Origin: Candidatus Nanoarchaeia archaeon | GTDB taxonomy: Archaea > Nanobdellota > Nanobdellia > SCGC-AAA011-G17 > JACPNG01 | NCBI GenBank assembly: GCA_028714095.1 | Contig: JAQTMY010000001.1 | Span: forward strand, 277,804-341,803 | DNA: 64,000 bases | Direction: 5' to 3' | Part shown: in pieces, positions 62,420 through 64,000 of the stretch | Layout of the letters: the number at the start of each line of letters is the position of its first letter | Numbering within the stretch: the first letter of the stretch is position 1 | Notes under the pieces: model-generated | Database searches by the model: none | What the model saw: only the letters and a program-made list of their open reading frames with translations | Told to the model about the DNA's origin: nothing | Made by a program: the position numbers and the translations under genes

Positions 62420-62671
62420 TTATTCCTCCCCTTCCTCATTGAGATATAATTCTTCTTGAGCTTTTTGTAAAAGTAAAATAGCTTTTGGAATATCTCCTCT
62501 TCTAAGGTTAACTACGTCATTTCTCCATACGTCTTCGTCTTTCTTTTTCCATCTCCTTGAAAGACTTACGGTTTTAAATTCTACCTTGTCACCGTTTTTC
62601 TCTTTCTGATTAAGCCATACAGCAACATCAAAGTTGCCAGAACTCCATTTTTTAATAGGTCTATTTACCAT
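62420..62671 (-). CDS. Small basic/acidic protein co-transcribed with radA (possible PC4-like ssDNA binder, weak)
   Basis: 83 aa. Its stop lies 2 nt before the radA start. Fold assignment is speculative. Confidence 0.35.
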   Translation of the reverse strand: MVNRPIKKWSSGNFDVAVWLNQKEKNGDKVEFKTVSLSRRWKKKDEDVWRNDVVNLRRGDIPKAILLLQKAQEELYLNEEGEE

Positions 62672-62792
62672 CTTTACCTCCGATTGCTTTCGCGTTTTAT
62701 TTCAGTGAAGGTTTAATTCCACTAACAGCCTAAAATCAAGCTTTATTTATAAGCCTTATTTGGGGTTGTCGGGAATATATTTACTTTAGTAT

Positions 62793-62981
62793 CTACTTCT
62801 TTCCTTTTTTAACTGGTTTTTCTTCATTGCATGTACATTTAGGCCCGCAACAGCAGTGATGCCATAGACTAAATATTACAAGTAAAACACCCAATCCAAT
62901 TATTACATATCTAGACCAGTCTGTATTTAACAAAGCAAATAATATAACTAATATTCCTATTACCCCTTTTACCCAATGCAT
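62793..62981 (-). CDS. Small membrane protein with Cys-rich tail
   Basis: Two TM helices, then WHHCCCGPKCTCNEE. Confidence 0.35.
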   Translation of the reverse strand: MHWVKGVIGILVILFALLNTDWSRYVIIGLGVLLVIFSLWHHCCCGPKCTCNEEKPVKKGKK

Positions 62982-63011
62982 AAAAACACCTCCAATTATT
63001 TAAAATAAAAT

Positions 63012-63659
63012 TTATTTATCTTTATATACTTTTTTAATGTAGTTTAATATTTCTGTATGGTCCAAAAAGAAAGGGTCTACATCTAACGTTTTTTTGTCAA
63101 AATATGTTCCTAATCCAAAAACCTTAATGCCCAAGGATTTGGCTGCCTGTATTCCTGCCGGAGAATCCTCAACTATAATTACCTCTTCAGGTTTTAATTT
63201 TAGTTTTTTTAGAGTAATTGAGTAACATTCTGGATCTGGTTTAGAAGAATTAAATTCCTCCCCACTGACGATTATATCAAATTCATTTAGGTTATTTAAA
63301 TCTAAAATCTTGTTTATGTGAATCAAATCAGTTCCGGTAGTTAATGCTAGTTTTATTTTATTCTTTTTTAAATAAGAAGTTAGTTCTTTAATACCCTTAA
63401 TTAAAGTATATTGCTCCAGATTATGGTAAATTAACCCCCCAACATCAGAAAGAATATCTTCTATGGTTTCTTTAGGAATATTTGGATAATTCTCTAAGAT
63501 GAACTGCCCCCTCTTTTTTCCAATAAATTCTTTGAATTTATCTTCTTTCAGTAAATACCCCTATTTGTCTAATGTTTCTGTAAGATCTTTAAACTTAATC
63601 AATTCACTATCCACGATAACTCCGTCAAAGTCAAATATCACAGCCTCAAATAAATTCAT
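63012..63659 (-). pseudogene. HAD-superfamily hydrolase (beta-phosphoglucomutase-like) interrupted by one in-frame TAG
   Basis: MNLFEAVIFDFDGVIVDSELIKFKDLTETLDK, then TAG (63561-63563), then the same frame continues through KLALTTGTD.. to EDSPAGIQAAKSLGIKVFGL. Confidence 0.6.
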
Positions 63660-63735
63660 GGCTAACCAGACTAACTATTTTTTAATAAACCTTATATGGA
63701 AAACTTGAAAATTTTACGTTAATCTATTAAAATTT

Positions 63736-64000
63736 CTACAAAGAACTAATCAATTCCTGCGCAGTTTCTTTGGCATCAAACCTTGAAACAGAATTGACAT
63801 TTAATTCTAATCTGTCATAAACCTCATTTTTGTTTACTCTTCCTGAAAATTTATACTGTTCTCCAAGTATTCTTTCTTTTATTTCATTGAACTTGTCAGG
63901 ATTTTTTCTTATTTCAATTAATTCTTCATCGCTTAAACAAAGAATCTTCTTGGCATTTTCCCTGAATAAAACAGTTCTTATGACTCCAGTCCCGTCATCG
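63736..64000 (-). CDS. RPA-like OB-fold ssDNA-binding protein, C-terminal fragment (runs off the window)
   Basis: Hand translation: ..DDGTGVIRTVLFRENAKKIL..GRVNKNEVYDRLELNVNSV..; stop TAG at 63736-63738. Confidence 0.5.
   Translation of the reverse strand, partial: DDGTGVIRTVLFRENAKKILCLSDEELIEIRKNPDKFNEIKERILGEQYKFSGRVNKNEVYDRLELNVNSVSRFDAKETAQELISSL

Noticed and set aside
61906-62442. 178-aa plus-strand ORF
   Set aside because: It is antisense to radA and has Pro/Ser-rich low complexity.
63499-63708. 69-aa plus-strand ORF
   Set aside because: It is antisense to the 5' part of the HAD hydrolase, whose DFDGV motif is in frame on the minus strand.

Overview
AT-rich, gene-dense archaeal chromosome segment. 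Spot counts of single 60-nt lines give about 22-33% GC. Most genes lie on the minus strand and many have 1-4 nt start/stop overlaps.

The backbone is archaeal information processing. It includes Alba, TFB, LSm, RadA, an RPA-like OB-fold fragment, a GINS-like protein, a RecJ/GAN-like DHH protein, an EndoQ-like PHP nuclease and a Cas4-like nuclease. Ribosomal proteins are S17e, S8e, L37e, S3Ae, S15, L44e and S27e. Translation, targeting and RNA factors are aIF2-alpha, aEF-1beta, Pelota, Nop10, PAC2, SRP54, FtsY, EndA, RNase Z, TruD and Bud32. There are five tRNAs: Leu-UAG, Val-GAC, Thr-UGU, Arg-GCG and an intron-containing Gln-UUG-like gene. First genes of transcription units usually have a palindromic TTTATAAA-type TATA box 22-33 nt upstream of the start codon, implying leaderless mRNAs. 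Gene content and compaction suggest a small-genome DPANN-like archaeon (inference only).

The accessory content is the interesting part:
- Four translationally coupled two-gene modules pair a protein with a type IV pilin-like (class III, KRGQ) signal peptide with a Sec-signal or lipobox extracellular protein. One module contains a 2,282-aa giant with a complete lytic transglycosylase motif set and is headed by a small winged-helix gene.
- A stand-alone A24 prepilin peptidase is present, but no pilus assembly ATPase is visible.
- A 2.7-kb GC-richer insertion between srp54 and ftsY encodes a bacterial-type outer-membrane beta-barrel protein and a PKD-repeat lipoprotein, and ends in a bacterial-style intrinsic terminator.
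- A roughly 450-bp segment bounded by nested inverted repeats lies beside two tRNA genes.
- Further accessory items are a HerA-like ATPase fused to a winged helix, a membrane-anchored ParB-like protein, and a HAD hydrolase gene interrupted by one in-frame TAG.

I saw no rRNA gene, CRISPR array, or recognisable transposase or integrase.
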